From Spirochaetia bacterium (GTDB taxonomy: Bacteria > Spirochaetota > Spirochaetia > SZUA-6 > Bin103): DNA of 64,000 nt. The notes under the pieces were generated by a model that worked only from the letters and a program-made list of their open reading frames with translations, had not been told where the DNA came from and ran no database searches. Position 1 is the stretch's first letter, and every line of letters begins with the position of its first letter. The position numbers were made by a program, and so were the translations under genes. Below, one piece after another: positions 1 through 9,946 of this stretch. The DNA lies in contig CBDAOI010000003.1 in assembly GCA_965198005.1 (NCBI GenBank), positions 480,001 to 544,000 of the forward strand, in the 5' to 3' direction.

Positions 1-545
1 CGGCTGTTCGCGCCACGGCTGCCGGCAGAGACCGTCGGTCGGTTGTGGACCATGCTGGCCCATCTTCAGGGCGCGCCACTGAACAAGCACCTGCTGGCGA
101 TCAGTCTGGAAGTGTCGCCCGCCGCGGTGCAGCGCTACCTGGAGTTGCTGGTCGGGCTGCTGCTGGTGCGGCTGCTGCGAGCGCCGAGGACGTACGTGCG
201 CGACAGCGGGCTGCTGCACGCGTTGCTGGACCTGGGCGACCATGAGCGGCTGCGCGGGCATCCGGTGGCGGGGCCGAGGTGGACTTGGTGTTCGAGCGCA
301 CGGGAATGGTGGAGCTGGCGATTGCGATCCGGCGCTCGGCGACGGCGCCGCTGGCGCGCGGTTTCCACGCCGGCTGCGCGGTACTGCGCCCGCGCGAGAA
401 GTACTTGGTGCACGGGGGCGAGGAACGCGGGCAGGCGGCCGCCGGGGTATCCGTAATCGGCGTGCCGGCGCTGTGCGAACGGCTCGCGCGGCTGGGCGCG
501 GTTACCGGCCTGCGCGGACTTGCCGAGCGGCTCGCCCGCGGCTGA
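1..545 (+). pseudogene. 3' remnant of an AAA_14/DUF4143 ATP-binding protein (internal deletions and frameshift)
   Basis: Family-like segments RLWTMLAHLQG..LN and PRTYVRDSGLLHALL lie in one frame; EVDLVFER..LAIAIRRS follows in another frame after about nt 270. Runs off the window start. Confidence 0.7.
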
Positions 546-623
546 CAGTCACATCCTGTCGGCGTCCCCAACGAGTCGTAGAACGAAGGGGATATTTCGC
601 AACGACACTCGCTTGGAGGATCC

Positions 624-2177
624 ATGAAACGACCCATCGCCCTCGGCCTGTGCGCGCTCGTTCCGATGCTGCTCCTGGCGGAAGGTCAGCCGGAGGAGAT
701 GCACGCGGGGATGTACCCGAAAGCAGCGACCAGGCAGGACGGAGAGGTCTACTTCGTCGACGGCCAGCGGGAACTGCAGCGGCTGCTCGGCATGAAGCTC
801 AACACCAACCGCGCCAGCAACGTGATCCTGTTCGTCGCGGACGGCAACGGCGTGGCCACGGTCACCGCGACCCGCATCCTCGACGGCCAGCTCCGCGGGG
901 AGTCGGGTGAGGAGAACTCGCTGGTCTACGAGCGGTTTCCGTTCATGGGCTTGGTGAAGACCTACACCATCGACATGCAGGTCCCCGATTCAGCCGGGAC
1001 CTCGACCGCCATGCACACCGGCATCAAGACCGACTCCGGCGTGATCGGCGTCGGCCCCGGCGTCGAGCGCGGCGACCACGCCACCGTGGCCGGCAACGAG
1101 CTGACCTTGATCCTGGGGCTGGCCGAGATGGCCGGCATGTCCACCGGCGTCATCTCGACGGCGCGCATCACGCACGCGACCCCCGCGGCCGCCTACGCCG
1201 TCTCCGCCGAGCGCGGCTGGGAGGCCGACAAGGACATCCCCGAGGAGCAGCTCGCTCTCGGTGCCGTGGACATCGCCCGCCAGCTCATCGAGTACCCGTA
1301 CGGCGACGGGCTGGAAGTCGCCCTCGGCGGCGGCCGCCGCAGCTTCCTGCCCGGCTCCATGGGCGATCCGGAGGACGAGGGCCGCACCGGCGAGCGCCTG
1401 GACGAACGCAACCTGACGCGGGAGTGGGTGGATCGGTATCCCAACGCCGCCTTCGTCTGGAATGCCGAGCAGTTCGCGGCCATCGATCCGGCCCGCACCG
1501 ACCACCTGCTCGGACTGTTCGAGCGCTCGCACATGGAGTACGAGCACGACCGCCCGACGGACGCCGGCGGGGAGCCCTCGCTGGCCGAGATGACCGGGAA
1601 GGCGATCCGCATCCTTTCCAGGAACCCCAACGGCTTCTACCTGCTGGTGGAGGCGGGGCGCGTCGACCACGCCCACCACGACGTCAACGCCTACCGAACC
1701 CTGACCGACGGGCTGGCGTTCGCCGACGCCGTCGCCACCGCGGCCAGCATGACCAGCGAGCAGGACACCCTGCTCGTGGTCACCGCCGACCACGGCAACG
1801 TGCTGACCATCGCCGGCTACCCCGCGCGCGGCAACCCGATCCTGGGGCTGTCGCGCAACGCCGCCGGCGAGCTGAACCTGGCCCTGGATGGCAAGCCGTA
1901 CACGACGCTGGGGTATGCCAGCGGCGCCACCGGTCTCATCGACGCGCCGCGCGCAGACCTGACCGAGGTCGACACCACCGATCCGGACTTCGTGCAGCAG
2001 GCGCTGGTGCCGCTGTCCAGCGAGACCCACTCCGGCGAGGACGTCGCGGTCTACGCCCGCGGCCCGTGGGCGCACCTGTTCCGGAACACCATCGAGCAGA
2101 GCTTCATCTTCCAAGTGATGGACTACGCGGCCGACATCCGCGGTCGCGCCGCGGCGGCGACGGCAGATGAGCTTTAG
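624..2177 (+). CDS. phoA: Alkaline phosphatase (PhoA family), secreted
   Basis: NVILFVADG, PDSAGT (catalytic Ser), THATPAA, GRVDHAHH, TADHG and ETHSGEDV motifs; signal peptide; GGAGG RBS. Confidence 0.92.
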   Translation: MKRPIALGLCALVPMLLLAEGQPEEMHAGMYPKAATRQDGEVYFVDGQRELQRLLGMKLNTNRASNVILFVADGNGVATVTATRILDGQLRGESGEENSLVYERFPFMGLVKTYTIDMQVPDSAGTSTAMHTGIKTDSGVIGVGPGVERGDHATVAGNELTLILGLAEMAGMSTGVISTARITHATPAAAYAVSAERGWEADKDIPEEQLALGAVDIARQLIEYPYGDGLEVALGGGRRSFLPGSMGDPEDEGRTGERLDERNLTREWVDRYPNAAFVWNAEQFAAIDPARTDHLLGLFERSHMEYEHDRPTDAGGEPSLAEMTGKAIRILSRNPNGFYLLVEAGRVDHAHHDVNAYRTLTDGLAFADAVATAASMTSEQDTLLVVTADHGNVLTIAGYPARGNPILGLSRNAAGELNLALDGKPYTTLGYASGATGLIDAPRADLTEVDTTDPDFVQQALVPLSSETHSGEDVAVYARGPWAHLFRNTIEQSFIFQVMDYAADIRGRAAAATADEL

Positions 2178-2554
2178 GCAACGACATCGCGAACTACGAG
2201 GGGTACTACGCGAGCGTGTTCTACTCGTACTTCGCGGCGCTGGGGTACGAGATCGTGGTGGAGGAGTCGAGCAGCCACGGGCGGTTGGACCTGGCGGTGC
2301 GCGCCGGCGGGCAGGTGTATCTGTTCGAGTTCAAGGTGGCGGAGCTGGCGCCGCCGGGGTCTGCGCTGGCGCAGTTGCAGGAGCGTGACTACGCGGCGAA
2401 GTACCGGGGCGGGGGCGAGCCGATCCCGATGGGAGGCAACCGACCCCGCGCGGAGGGAGCCGGTCTCGGCGAGGGGCAACCGATCCACCTGGTCGGAGTG
2501 GAGTTCAGCCGCGACACCCGCAACCTGACCGCGTTCGAGGTGGCGCCCGGCTGA
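2178..2554 (+). pseudogene. C-terminal remnant of an AAA-ATPase-like/PD-(D/E)XK (PDDEXK_9-type) protein
   Basis: NDIANYEGYYASVFYSYF...GRLDL...YLFEFKV...ALAQLQERDYAAKY...LVGVEFS. It begins abruptly at the phoA stop with no ATPase domain. Confidence 0.75.
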
Positions 2555-2556
2555 CG
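2501..2556 (+). repeat. About 55-bp imperfect direct repeat, copy 1 (copy 2 at 4411-4464)
   Basis: gagttcagccgcgacacccg...gaccgcgttcgaggtggcgcccggctgacg is seen at both positions. Confidence 0.9.
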
Positions 2557-2594
2557 GCACCCGCGCGCCCCTTCCGGCTCGGGCTCCAAAGGCG

Positions 2595-3689
2595 TTAGGG
2601 GCCGGTGGTGGCGGGGATCGTCGAGTCGAAGTCGTCGTATCCGGCCGCCAGCTCTTGCGCCCTGTTGATGGCGTTCTCCGGATCGAGCAGGCCGTATCCA
2701 TAGACCGCGTCGACGCCGGGCGCGCCAAGGTCACGAGCCGACTTCAGCAGAATGTACGCCAGTTGCTCCGGGGACAGCGTAGGGCACTTCTGACCGAGAA
2801 TCGCAAGCGCTCCCGTCACGCGCGGCGCCGCAAACGAAGTGCCGGCGAAGCCGCGTCCTCTATTGTCATCCGGAGCCACGATGAAGGCGTTGCGAGCGGC
2901 CCCCGCCCGGGCTGAGTGAGCAACTTCACCGTGCGAGAGCACCCACGTGTCTCCCGTCGGGGCGTAGTCGACGGCGCCTACCACCAGCACGGCGCTCTTG
3001 GCATGCAAGTACCCGCGGTCGCCGACCGGCAAGCCGCTGGCCAAGGACTCGACGAATCCGTTGGCGCGGATCGTGGGCTCGGCGCGGGCGGGATCGCCGC
3101 CCGGCAACGCGGTCGGGAAGTTTCCGGCTCCGTACACGTCCAGGCCCGCATACCTGCCGAACGTTGAGTCGTCTCTGAGGGCCCGCGATTGCGCGACCGG
3201 AAGCTCATCCTCGGCGTCCGGACTCAGCACCCCAAAGGACTTGTTGACGAGGTGGAGCCTGGTGTGATCCACGCCGGCCGGCAGGCTGTCGGACTGCCCG
3301 ATTAAAAAGAACGTCGCGTTGGGCGCGTACCGGCGCGCGATGCTGGCAACTCCCGTACCGTGGCTGGCGCTGCCGTCGGGGTAGAAGACGTCCGCTATGA
3401 CGACCTTGACACCGTGGCCGTTCCAACCCCGGGCATGCAGCCGTCGCAGTGCACGGCGTTCATGGTCGGTGAAGTCCAGCGCTTCATCGCCTCCCGAGTC
3501 GATGTCGTAGTTCCAGTCGCGCGTCGTCGGAGCCGGTTGACCGGCACAGACCTCCGGAGCCGCGGGCGCCGCGGGCGCCGGCGCCGACCCCGACGCCGAC
3601 ATGTCACCCATTTCACAACCGGCGATCGTCAGGATCGCACTGAGAGCCAACGCCACGCTGCCACACCGTGAACACCTGGTCGAACACAT
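2595..3689 (-). CDS. S8 (subtilisin-like) serine peptidase, probable lipoprotein
   Basis: Catalytic motifs VVIAD, SHGTGVAS and GTSFAAP; oxyanion GAGN; lipobox-like LTIAGC. Start placed at ATG 3689 (uncertain). Confidence 0.8.
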   Translation of the reverse strand: MCSTRCSRCGSVALALSAILTIAGCEMGDMSASGSAPAPAAPAAPEVCAGQPAPTTRDWNYDIDSGGDEALDFTDHERRALRRLHARGWNGHGVKVVIADVFYPDGSASHGTGVASIARRYAPNATFFLIGQSDSLPAGVDHTRLHLVNKSFGVLSPDAEDELPVAQSRALRDDSTFGRYAGLDVYGAGNFPTALPGGDPARAEPTIRANGFVESLASGLPVGDRGYLHAKSAVLVVGAVDYAPTGDTWVLSHGEVAHSARAGAARNAFIVAPDDNRGRGFAGTSFAAPRVTGALAILGQKCPTLSPEQLAYILLKSARDLGAPGVDAVYGYGLLDPENAINRAQELAAGYDDFDSTIPATTGP

Positions 3690-3867
3690 AGTCGACGGCA
3701 ACGTACACAAACCGGATCCCGCATGCAAGGACAATACCCCACGAGCGATGATTGCCAACGAAGACCAAGCGGGCCGGACAAGGACGGAGATCTCGACCGC
3801 GAGGTCTGCGCTGGTAGTTCGCATGCTCCGTGGCAGCACGACCAAAGTCCTGAACCCATGGACCTTA

Positions 3868-3990
3868 GGGGCCAGCACGTCGGCGAAGATGCGAAGATCG
3901 CCACCAGAATCAGTGCCGGCACGACCACGCCGCCGACGGTGCCGAGCGGCTTCTCGCGCCACAGCCGGACCAGGAAACCGACGCCGACCG
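3868..3990 (-). pseudogene. N-terminal fragment of a DppC/OppC-type permease
   Basis: FLVRLWREKPLGTVGG...IFADVLAP resembles the start of the intact gene at 25690. An 8-bp duplication (atcttcgc x2) shifts the frame. Confidence 0.75.
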
Positions 3991-4410
3991 CTTTAGCCAA
4001 CGGTCAACCCAGTCCGTCGAGCAAGTCGTGCAACCGGCAAGACCGGCAAGCAAGGTTGATGCACTGACGCCCTGCTGCCATGATGCTCTCATGCGAACCA
4101 CCGTCACGATCGATGATGGCTCGGAAGACGAGCGTGCTCATTTCACCGGTACCGGCGGGCGCTCAGTTCCAGCAAGTAGGGATCAGCCACGTCCCGATGG
4201 ATGCGGGAAGAGCGTGCTGCGGTTTTCTCGGGGCGTCGGCCCACTTCGAGTTCGTGTGCGCCGAAGCTACGTCGGCGACGTCACGCTCACGGCCATTGTC
4301 GACGGGAGCAATCGCACCTTCGAAGCGTCTGTAATCTCCACGTGTCAGTGACCCCGGCCGTGCTGCCGCGCTGCGCTCGAAGCGCTACCCCCGACCGGCG
4401 GATCGGGCTG

Positions 4411-4464
4411 GAGTTCAGCCGCGACACCCGACGTGACCGCGTTCGAGGTGGCGCCCGGCTGACG
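4411..4464 (+). repeat. About 55-bp imperfect direct repeat, copy 2 (3' tip of the PD-(D/E)XK gene)
   Basis: Near-identical to 2501-2556. Confidence 0.9.
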
Positions 4465-4573
4465 ATCGCGGCCGGGAGCGGACTTGGCGACAACCGGCGC
4501 TCGCACCGCCGGAATCCACGCGCGCCCTGGCCGGCGTTCCGCTGCCGCCGGCGCCGTGGAAGCGGATTGAGGT

Positions 4574-5692
4574 ATGGAGACCACCCGACACCAAATCCAG
4601 TTCGCCGACGCGCGCCGTATGGCCGCCGTCCCTGACACCACGATCGCGCTGGTGGTGACCTCGCCTCCCTACCCGATGATCGAGCTGTGGGACGAGCAGT
4701 TCGCCGCGGCGGACCCGCAGATCGCGCAGGCGCTGGCGGACGCGCACGGGAATCGGGCGTTCGAGCTCATGCACGGGCGCCTCGACGCGGTCTGGCGCGA
4801 GTGCCATCGCGTACTCCGGCCCGGCGGGCTGGCGTGCATCAACGTCGGCGACGCCACCCGCAAGATCGGCGGCGAGTTCCGGCTGTTCTCCAACCACAGC
4901 CGCATCCTGCAGGCGCTGACGGAGCTGCGCTTCTCGGTGCTGCCCGACATCCTGTGGCGCAAGCCGACCAACGCCCCCAACAAGTTCCTCGGCTCCGGCA
5001 TGCTGCCGGCCGGCGCCTACGTGACCTACGAGCACGAGTACGTCCTGATCGCCCGCAAGGGCGCCCCGCGGACGTTCGCACCGGCCGACAAGGCCCGGCG
5101 CCGGCGCAGCGCCTTCTTCTGGGAGGAACGCAACGAGTGGTTCTCCGACCTGTGGCTCGGTCTGGTCGGAACCCGGCAGCTCCTCGGCGACGCGGGGTCC
5201 GACGATCCCGACGCCCGCGCGCGCAGCGCCGCGTACCCGTTCGAGCTGGCCTACCGCCTGATCCAGATGCACTCGCTGATCGGCGACACCGTGCTCGACC
5301 CGTTCCTCGGCACCGGCACCACCACCGCCGCCGCCATCGCAAGCGGCCGCTCCAGCATCGGATTCGAGATCGAGCACAGCTTCGAGCAACCGATCCGCAC
5401 CACCATCGAGACCGCCGTCCCGCTCGGCCGCGCCTACGCCCAGCGCCGGCTGGAAGCACATCTGGACTTCGTACGCTCCCGCGAGGAGGCGGGACGCCCC
5501 TGTCGCCACGTCAACCGCCACTACGGGTTCCCGGTAGTGACCGGCCAGGAAGCCGACCTGCAACTCGTCGCCCCCGGCGTGATCGAAGCCGAGTCGGCAG
5601 CAACATTCACCGCCCGACATGAACCCGCACCGCTACCTGTCCACTCGTCTCAGATCGAGCTACCCTTCGCGAACGGCCATGCAGCGCGATGA
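4574..5692 (+). CDS. Site-specific DNA methyltransferase, beta class (probably N4-cytosine)
   Basis: Catalytic VVTSPPY is N-terminal to SAM-binding VLDPFLGTGTT; also RVLRPGG and ILWRKP. Confidence 0.9.
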   Translation: METTRHQIQFADARRMAAVPDTTIALVVTSPPYPMIELWDEQFAAADPQIAQALADAHGNRAFELMHGRLDAVWRECHRVLRPGGLACINVGDATRKIGGEFRLFSNHSRILQALTELRFSVLPDILWRKPTNAPNKFLGSGMLPAGAYVTYEHEYVLIARKGAPRTFAPADKARRRRSAFFWEERNEWFSDLWLGLVGTRQLLGDAGSDDPDARARSAAYPFELAYRLIQMHSLIGDTVLDPFLGTGTTTAAAIASGRSSIGFEIEHSFEQPIRTTIETAVPLGRAYAQRRLEAHLDFVRSREEAGRPCRHVNRHYGFPVVTGQEADLQLVAPGVIEAESAATFTARHEPAPLPVHSSQIELPFANGHAAR

Positions 5693-6977
5693 ATTGGCGG
5701 GTCTGATTGGCTCAGGCGAGAACTCCGGTATCGAGTTCAAGCGGGATGACCTTCGCCCCGAGCGGGTCGCAAGAGAGATCGCTGCCCTGCTCAACCTGGA
5801 AGGCGGCCACCTTCTCATCGGGGTAGAGGACAATGGTGTGGTTTCGGGACTCTCCCGTGATCGCCGGCAGGCCGAGGAGTGGGTGATGGAGGTCGCCCGC
5901 ACCCACGTACGCCCGGCTACGATTCCCTACTGGGAAACGGTTGAATGGCGCGAGGGGGTGATTGTCGGCGTCGTGTCGTTGCCGGCGGACGCCCCGGACA
6001 AGCCCTACAAGGCGAAGCGTGGGTCGGCCTGGGTCACTCAGGTGCGTGTCGGAACTATCACCCGCGACGCCACCGATGAGGATGAGATGCGCCTCTATCA
6101 GCAGTCGGGGCGGCTGCAGTACGACCGAAAGCCGGTGCCGGGCACGTCGTTCGCCGATCTTGATCGGCGCCGTCTGATCAACTACTTCCGCGACCTGCGA
6201 CAGCAGGACTTTCCCGATCCGGCGGACGAGCACGCTTGGGCCCGGCTGTTGGTCAACACCGAGATAATGGTAGAGAGCCGCGGCCGGCCGATTACGAGTG
6301 CGGCGGGACTGCTCCTGTTCGGGAAGAACCCTAATCGCTATCTGCCGCAGGCGGGGGTCAGTGCAGCGGCCTATTGCGGAGTAGAGAAGGACTACGACGC
6401 AAAGGAGCGGGCCACGGTGCGGGGACCGGCGGTGTCGCTCGCGTTCCAACGGACCGACGCCGACGGATCACGCTACCCCAAGCAGCCGCGCACGTTCTCC
6501 GAGAACCTCGAGTGGGTCGAAAGCGGCGTGGTCGAACGCACGCTCGAGTTCGTGCGCCGGAACATCGGCCTGGAGGCATGGATCGATGCCGGCGGTCGCC
6601 GGCAGGAGCGCTGGGAGTACCCGCTCGAAGCGGTGCGGGAGGCGGTCGTGAACGCCATAGCTCACCGGGACTACACGATTACGGTGAGCGACATCGAGCT
6701 TTCGATGTACCCCGACCGCATGGAGATCATCTCCCCCGGCCGGCTCCCCAACACGGTCACGGTGGCCAAAATGCGCGCCGGCTACCGCGCCACGCGCAAC
6801 GAGCTGGTGAAAGAGGTGCTGCGCGACTACCTCTACGTCGAGGCTACGGGCCTGGGTGTGCCGCGCAAGATCGTCCGCGGCATGCGCGAGCACAACGGCA
6901 CCGAACCCGATCTGATCGAGGAGGACGACCGCTTCACCGTCCGGTTGTGGAAGCGCGGTCCATCGGTGGGCCGATAG
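5679..6977 (+). CDS. Schlafen/AlbA_2 domain plus HATPase_c_4-type ATP-binding protein
   Basis: GENSGIEFK, ALLNLEGGHLLIGVEDNG, YPLEAVREAVVNAIAHRDY, EIISPG, RNELV and GLGV motifs; overlaps the MTase end by 14 nt. Confidence 0.88.
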   Translation: MQRDELAGLIGSGENSGIEFKRDDLRPERVAREIAALLNLEGGHLLIGVEDNGVVSGLSRDRRQAEEWVMEVARTHVRPATIPYWETVEWREGVIVGVVSLPADAPDKPYKAKRGSAWVTQVRVGTITRDATDEDEMRLYQQSGRLQYDRKPVPGTSFADLDRRRLINYFRDLRQQDFPDPADEHAWARLLVNTEIMVESRGRPITSAAGLLLFGKNPNRYLPQAGVSAAAYCGVEKDYDAKERATVRGPAVSLAFQRTDADGSRYPKQPRTFSENLEWVESGVVERTLEFVRRNIGLEAWIDAGGRRQERWEYPLEAVREAVVNAIAHRDYTITVSDIELSMYPDRMEIISPGRLPNTVTVAKMRAGYRATRNELVKEVLRDYLYVEATGLGVPRKIVRGMREHNGTEPDLIEEDDRFTVRLWKRGPSVGR

Positions 6978-7048
6978 ATAGGGTGGGACTGCGTCGGGCA
7001 TACCGTGCACGATGGCGGAGTCTCTCTGATGGATTGAAGGAGTGCTTC

Positions 7049-9352
7049 TTGGCTACAGCGACCAATCTCGGGTTCCCTCGCATCGGTCCGCGCCGTGAAC
7101 TGAAGTGGGCGGTGGAAGCCTACTGGCGCGGGAAAATCGATCAGGACGAGCTGCGGGCGCGGGCGGCGGAGATCCGGCGCGCGAGCTGGCTGCTGCAGCA
7201 GCGGGCCGGCATCGCCCACGTCCCGTCGAACGACTTCTCGTTCTACGACCAGGTGCTGGACACGACCGCAATGGTCGGGGCGGTACCGGAACGCTACGCC
7301 GCGTCCGCCGCCGGCGGCGTGGACCTGGACACCTACTTCGCCATGGCGCGCGGGCGGCCCGCGTCCGCCGCGGTGCCCGGGGTCTCCGCCATGGAGATGA
7401 CCAAGTGGTTCGATACCAATTACCACTACATCGTCCCCGAGATCGACGCGGGCCAGCGGTTCGCCCTGCGCTCACGCAAGCCGGTCGAGGAGTTCACCGA
7501 GGCGCTGCGGCTGGGCGTCCGGACGCGGCCGGTGCTGCTCGGGCCGGTTACCTACCTGCTGCTCTCCAAGTCGTCCGATCCCGACTTCGATCCGCTCTCG
7601 CTGCTCGGCGAGCTGGCGGAGGTGTACGCGCAGGTGCTGGCCGAGCTGGCGGTCGCGGGCGCCGACTGGGTGCAACTGGACGAGCCGGCGCTCGGCCTCA
7701 CCCTCGACGACCCGCAGCGCGCGGCCTTCGGACGCGCCTATGCCCGGCTGGCCGCCGCGGCCCCCGGGCTCAACCTGCTGGTCGCGGTCTACTTCAGCGA
7801 CCTGCGCGACAACTTGGCGACGGCGCTGGCCCTGCCGGTGCAGGCGCTGCACCTGGACCTGGTGCGCGGGCCGGCCGACCTGGACCGGGCGCTGGCCGGG
7901 CTGCCGGCCGGGGTTGCGCTCTCGCTCGGCTTGGTGGACGGCCGCAACATCTGGATCACCGACCTGGCGGCCGCCATCGCCACCGCCCGCACCGCCACCG
8001 CGGCGCTCGGCAGCGACCGCGTGTTGATCGGCCCCTCCTGCTCCCTGCTGCACGCGCCGGTCGATCTTGACGGCGAGACCGAGCTGGACCACGTGATCCG
8101 CTCCTGGATGGCCTTCGCGAAGCAGAAGGTCGAGGAGATCGCCGCCATCACCCGGGCGGTCAACGGCGCCGAGGCGCAGGTGCGCGCCCTGCTCGACCGC
8201 AACGCCGCGGCCGTGGCGCGCCGGGCCACGTCGGTGCGCATCCACAACCCGGCGGTGCAGGAGCGCAGCCAGGCCGTGACCCCGGCCATGACCGAGCGCG
8301 CCCGCCCGTTCCCGCAGCGGCGTCAGGCGCAGCAGCAGGCGCTGCGGCTGCCGCCGTACCCCACCACCACCATCGGGTCGTTCCCGCAGACCGCGGAGAT
8401 CCGCAAGGCCCGCACCGGCCGCAACCGGGGCGTGCTCAGCCAGCAGCAGTACGAGCGGTTCCTGGAGCAGGAGATCGCCCGCACCATCCGCTTCCAGGAG
8501 CAGACCGGGCTCGACGTCCTGGTGCACGGCGAGCCGGAGCGCAACGACATGGTGGAGTACTTCGGCGAGCAGCTCGACGGCTACGTCTCGACCGCCAACG
8601 GTTGGGTGCAGAGCTACGGCTCGCGCGCGGTCAAGCCGCCGGTGATCTTCGGCGACGTGCGCCGCCGCGGGCCGATGACGGTGCGCTGGATCACCTACGC
8701 CCAGTCGCTGACCAGCCGGCCGGTCAAGGGCATGCTCACGGGACCGGTCACCATGCTGCAGTGGTCGTTCGTGCGTGACGACCAGCCGCGTAGCGAGACC
8801 TGCCGCCAGCTCGCGCTGGCGATCCGGGACGAGGTGCGCGACCTGGAGCAGGCGGACATCCGCACCATTCAGGTGGACGAGCCCGCGCTGCGCGAGGGAC
8901 TGCCCCTGCGCCGCGAAGACTGGGGCGCGTACCTCGACTGGGCGGTGGAATGCTTCCGCCTGGCCACCACCGGGGTCAGCGACCGCACGCAGATCCACAC
9001 CCACATGTGCTACGCCGCGTTCGACGACATCATCGACTCGGTGGCGGACATGGACGCGGACGTGATCTCCATGGAGAACGCGCGCAGCGACGGTGCGCTG
9101 CTGGAGACGTTCCGGCAGCACCCCTACCCGAACGAGATCGGGCTGGGCGTGTATGACATTCACTCCCCGCGCGTGGCGGAGACGGAGGAGATGCGCGCGC
9201 TGCTGGTGCGCGCGAGCGCGGTGCTGGCGCCGGAGCAACTCTGGGTGAACCCCGACTGCGGACTCAAGACTCGGCGCTGGGAAGAGGTCGCGCCATCGCT
9301 GCGCCACATGATCGAGGCCGCCCGCGCCCTGCGCGCCGCCGCCGCCGGCTGA
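7049..9352 (+). CDS. metE: Cobalamin-independent methionine synthase
   Basis: GFPRIG, MTKWFDTNYHY, PTTTIGSFPQT, HGEPERNDMV, HTHMCY and WVNPDCGLKTR motifs; TTG start after GAAGGAG. Confidence 0.97.
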   Translation: MATATNLGFPRIGPRRELKWAVEAYWRGKIDQDELRARAAEIRRASWLLQQRAGIAHVPSNDFSFYDQVLDTTAMVGAVPERYAASAAGGVDLDTYFAMARGRPASAAVPGVSAMEMTKWFDTNYHYIVPEIDAGQRFALRSRKPVEEFTEALRLGVRTRPVLLGPVTYLLLSKSSDPDFDPLSLLGELAEVYAQVLAELAVAGADWVQLDEPALGLTLDDPQRAAFGRAYARLAAAAPGLNLLVAVYFSDLRDNLATALALPVQALHLDLVRGPADLDRALAGLPAGVALSLGLVDGRNIWITDLAAAIATARTATAALGSDRVLIGPSCSLLHAPVDLDGETELDHVIRSWMAFAKQKVEEIAAITRAVNGAEAQVRALLDRNAAAVARRATSVRIHNPAVQERSQAVTPAMTERARPFPQRRQAQQQALRLPPYPTTTIGSFPQTAEIRKARTGRNRGVLSQQQYERFLEQEIARTIRFQEQTGLDVLVHGEPERNDMVEYFGEQLDGYVSTANGWVQSYGSRAVKPPVIFGDVRRRGPMTVRWITYAQSLTSRPVKGMLTGPVTMLQWSFVRDDQPRSETCRQLALAIRDEVRDLEQADIRTIQVDEPALREGLPLRREDWGAYLDWAVECFRLATTGVSDRTQIHTHMCYAAFDDIIDSVADMDADVISMENARSDGALLETFRQHPYPNEIGLGVYDIHSPRVAETEEMRALLVRASAVLAPEQLWVNPDCGLKTRRWEEVAPSLRHMIEAARALRAAAAG

Positions 9353-9406
9353 GGTCCGGCCAACGGCTTCCGACGGTTGACCGCCTACTGAGATCTGATA
9401 CGACGA

Positions 9407-9946
9407 CTAACGACGACTATCGAATATCCGCGATGCATCGAGTTCTTTGACGGCCGCTGTTGCCAGCCCCACGGAAACGTGCGGTTTCAACTTGTTTATG
9501 CGTTTCGCACGAACGTCTACGGATTCATCACCATGTGCGACAGTGACATAGAGGGCTGTAGACATCCTCTCCAGGTTCGCCACGCCGCGCGTACCCACAA
9601 ACCCAACGGTGCGAGCGACGTCATCCAAGTGACGGTGAATCGCTTCGCTGTAGCGGGTGATGTGATTCTCCATGATCGTGGTAGCACGCAGTCGAGGACC
9701 GTACGGCGGAGGGGAAGGCTCCTGCTTCAACATTCGGCGGCCCAATAGTCTCGAAATATCCAAACCTAGGTCAAAAGAATACGGACCATGTTTGTACAGC
9801 ACAAATGAATATCCCATCCCTATCCGACAGGCTGTCTGCAGAATGTAGATCGCCTTCTGCACGTGCGTCTCACCGCACCAGTTTTCTGCGTTTCGCAACT
9901 GCAAAACCAATTGACCCAAGAGTGCAACCCTGCTTGATTCTATCAC
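9407..9946 (-). CDS. YwgA-like/winged-helix protein partnered with an HD-domain gene
   Basis: GETHVQKAIYILQ...FVLYKHGPYSFDL pattern; lower GC; overlaps the end of the upstream HD remnant. Confidence 0.6.
   Translation of the reverse strand: MIESSRVALLGQLVLQLRNAENWCGETHVQKAIYILQTACRIGMGYSFVLYKHGPYSFDLGLDISRLLGRRMLKQEPSPPPYGPRLRATTIMENHITRYSEAIHRHLDDVARTVGFVGTRGVANLERMSTALYVTVAHGDESVDVRAKRINKLKPHVSVGLATAAVKELDASRIFDSRR

Noticed and set aside
6374-7048. 992-aa extended MetE
   Set aside because: The extension overlaps the AlbA_2 gene; MetE homology and the RBS start at TTG 7049.
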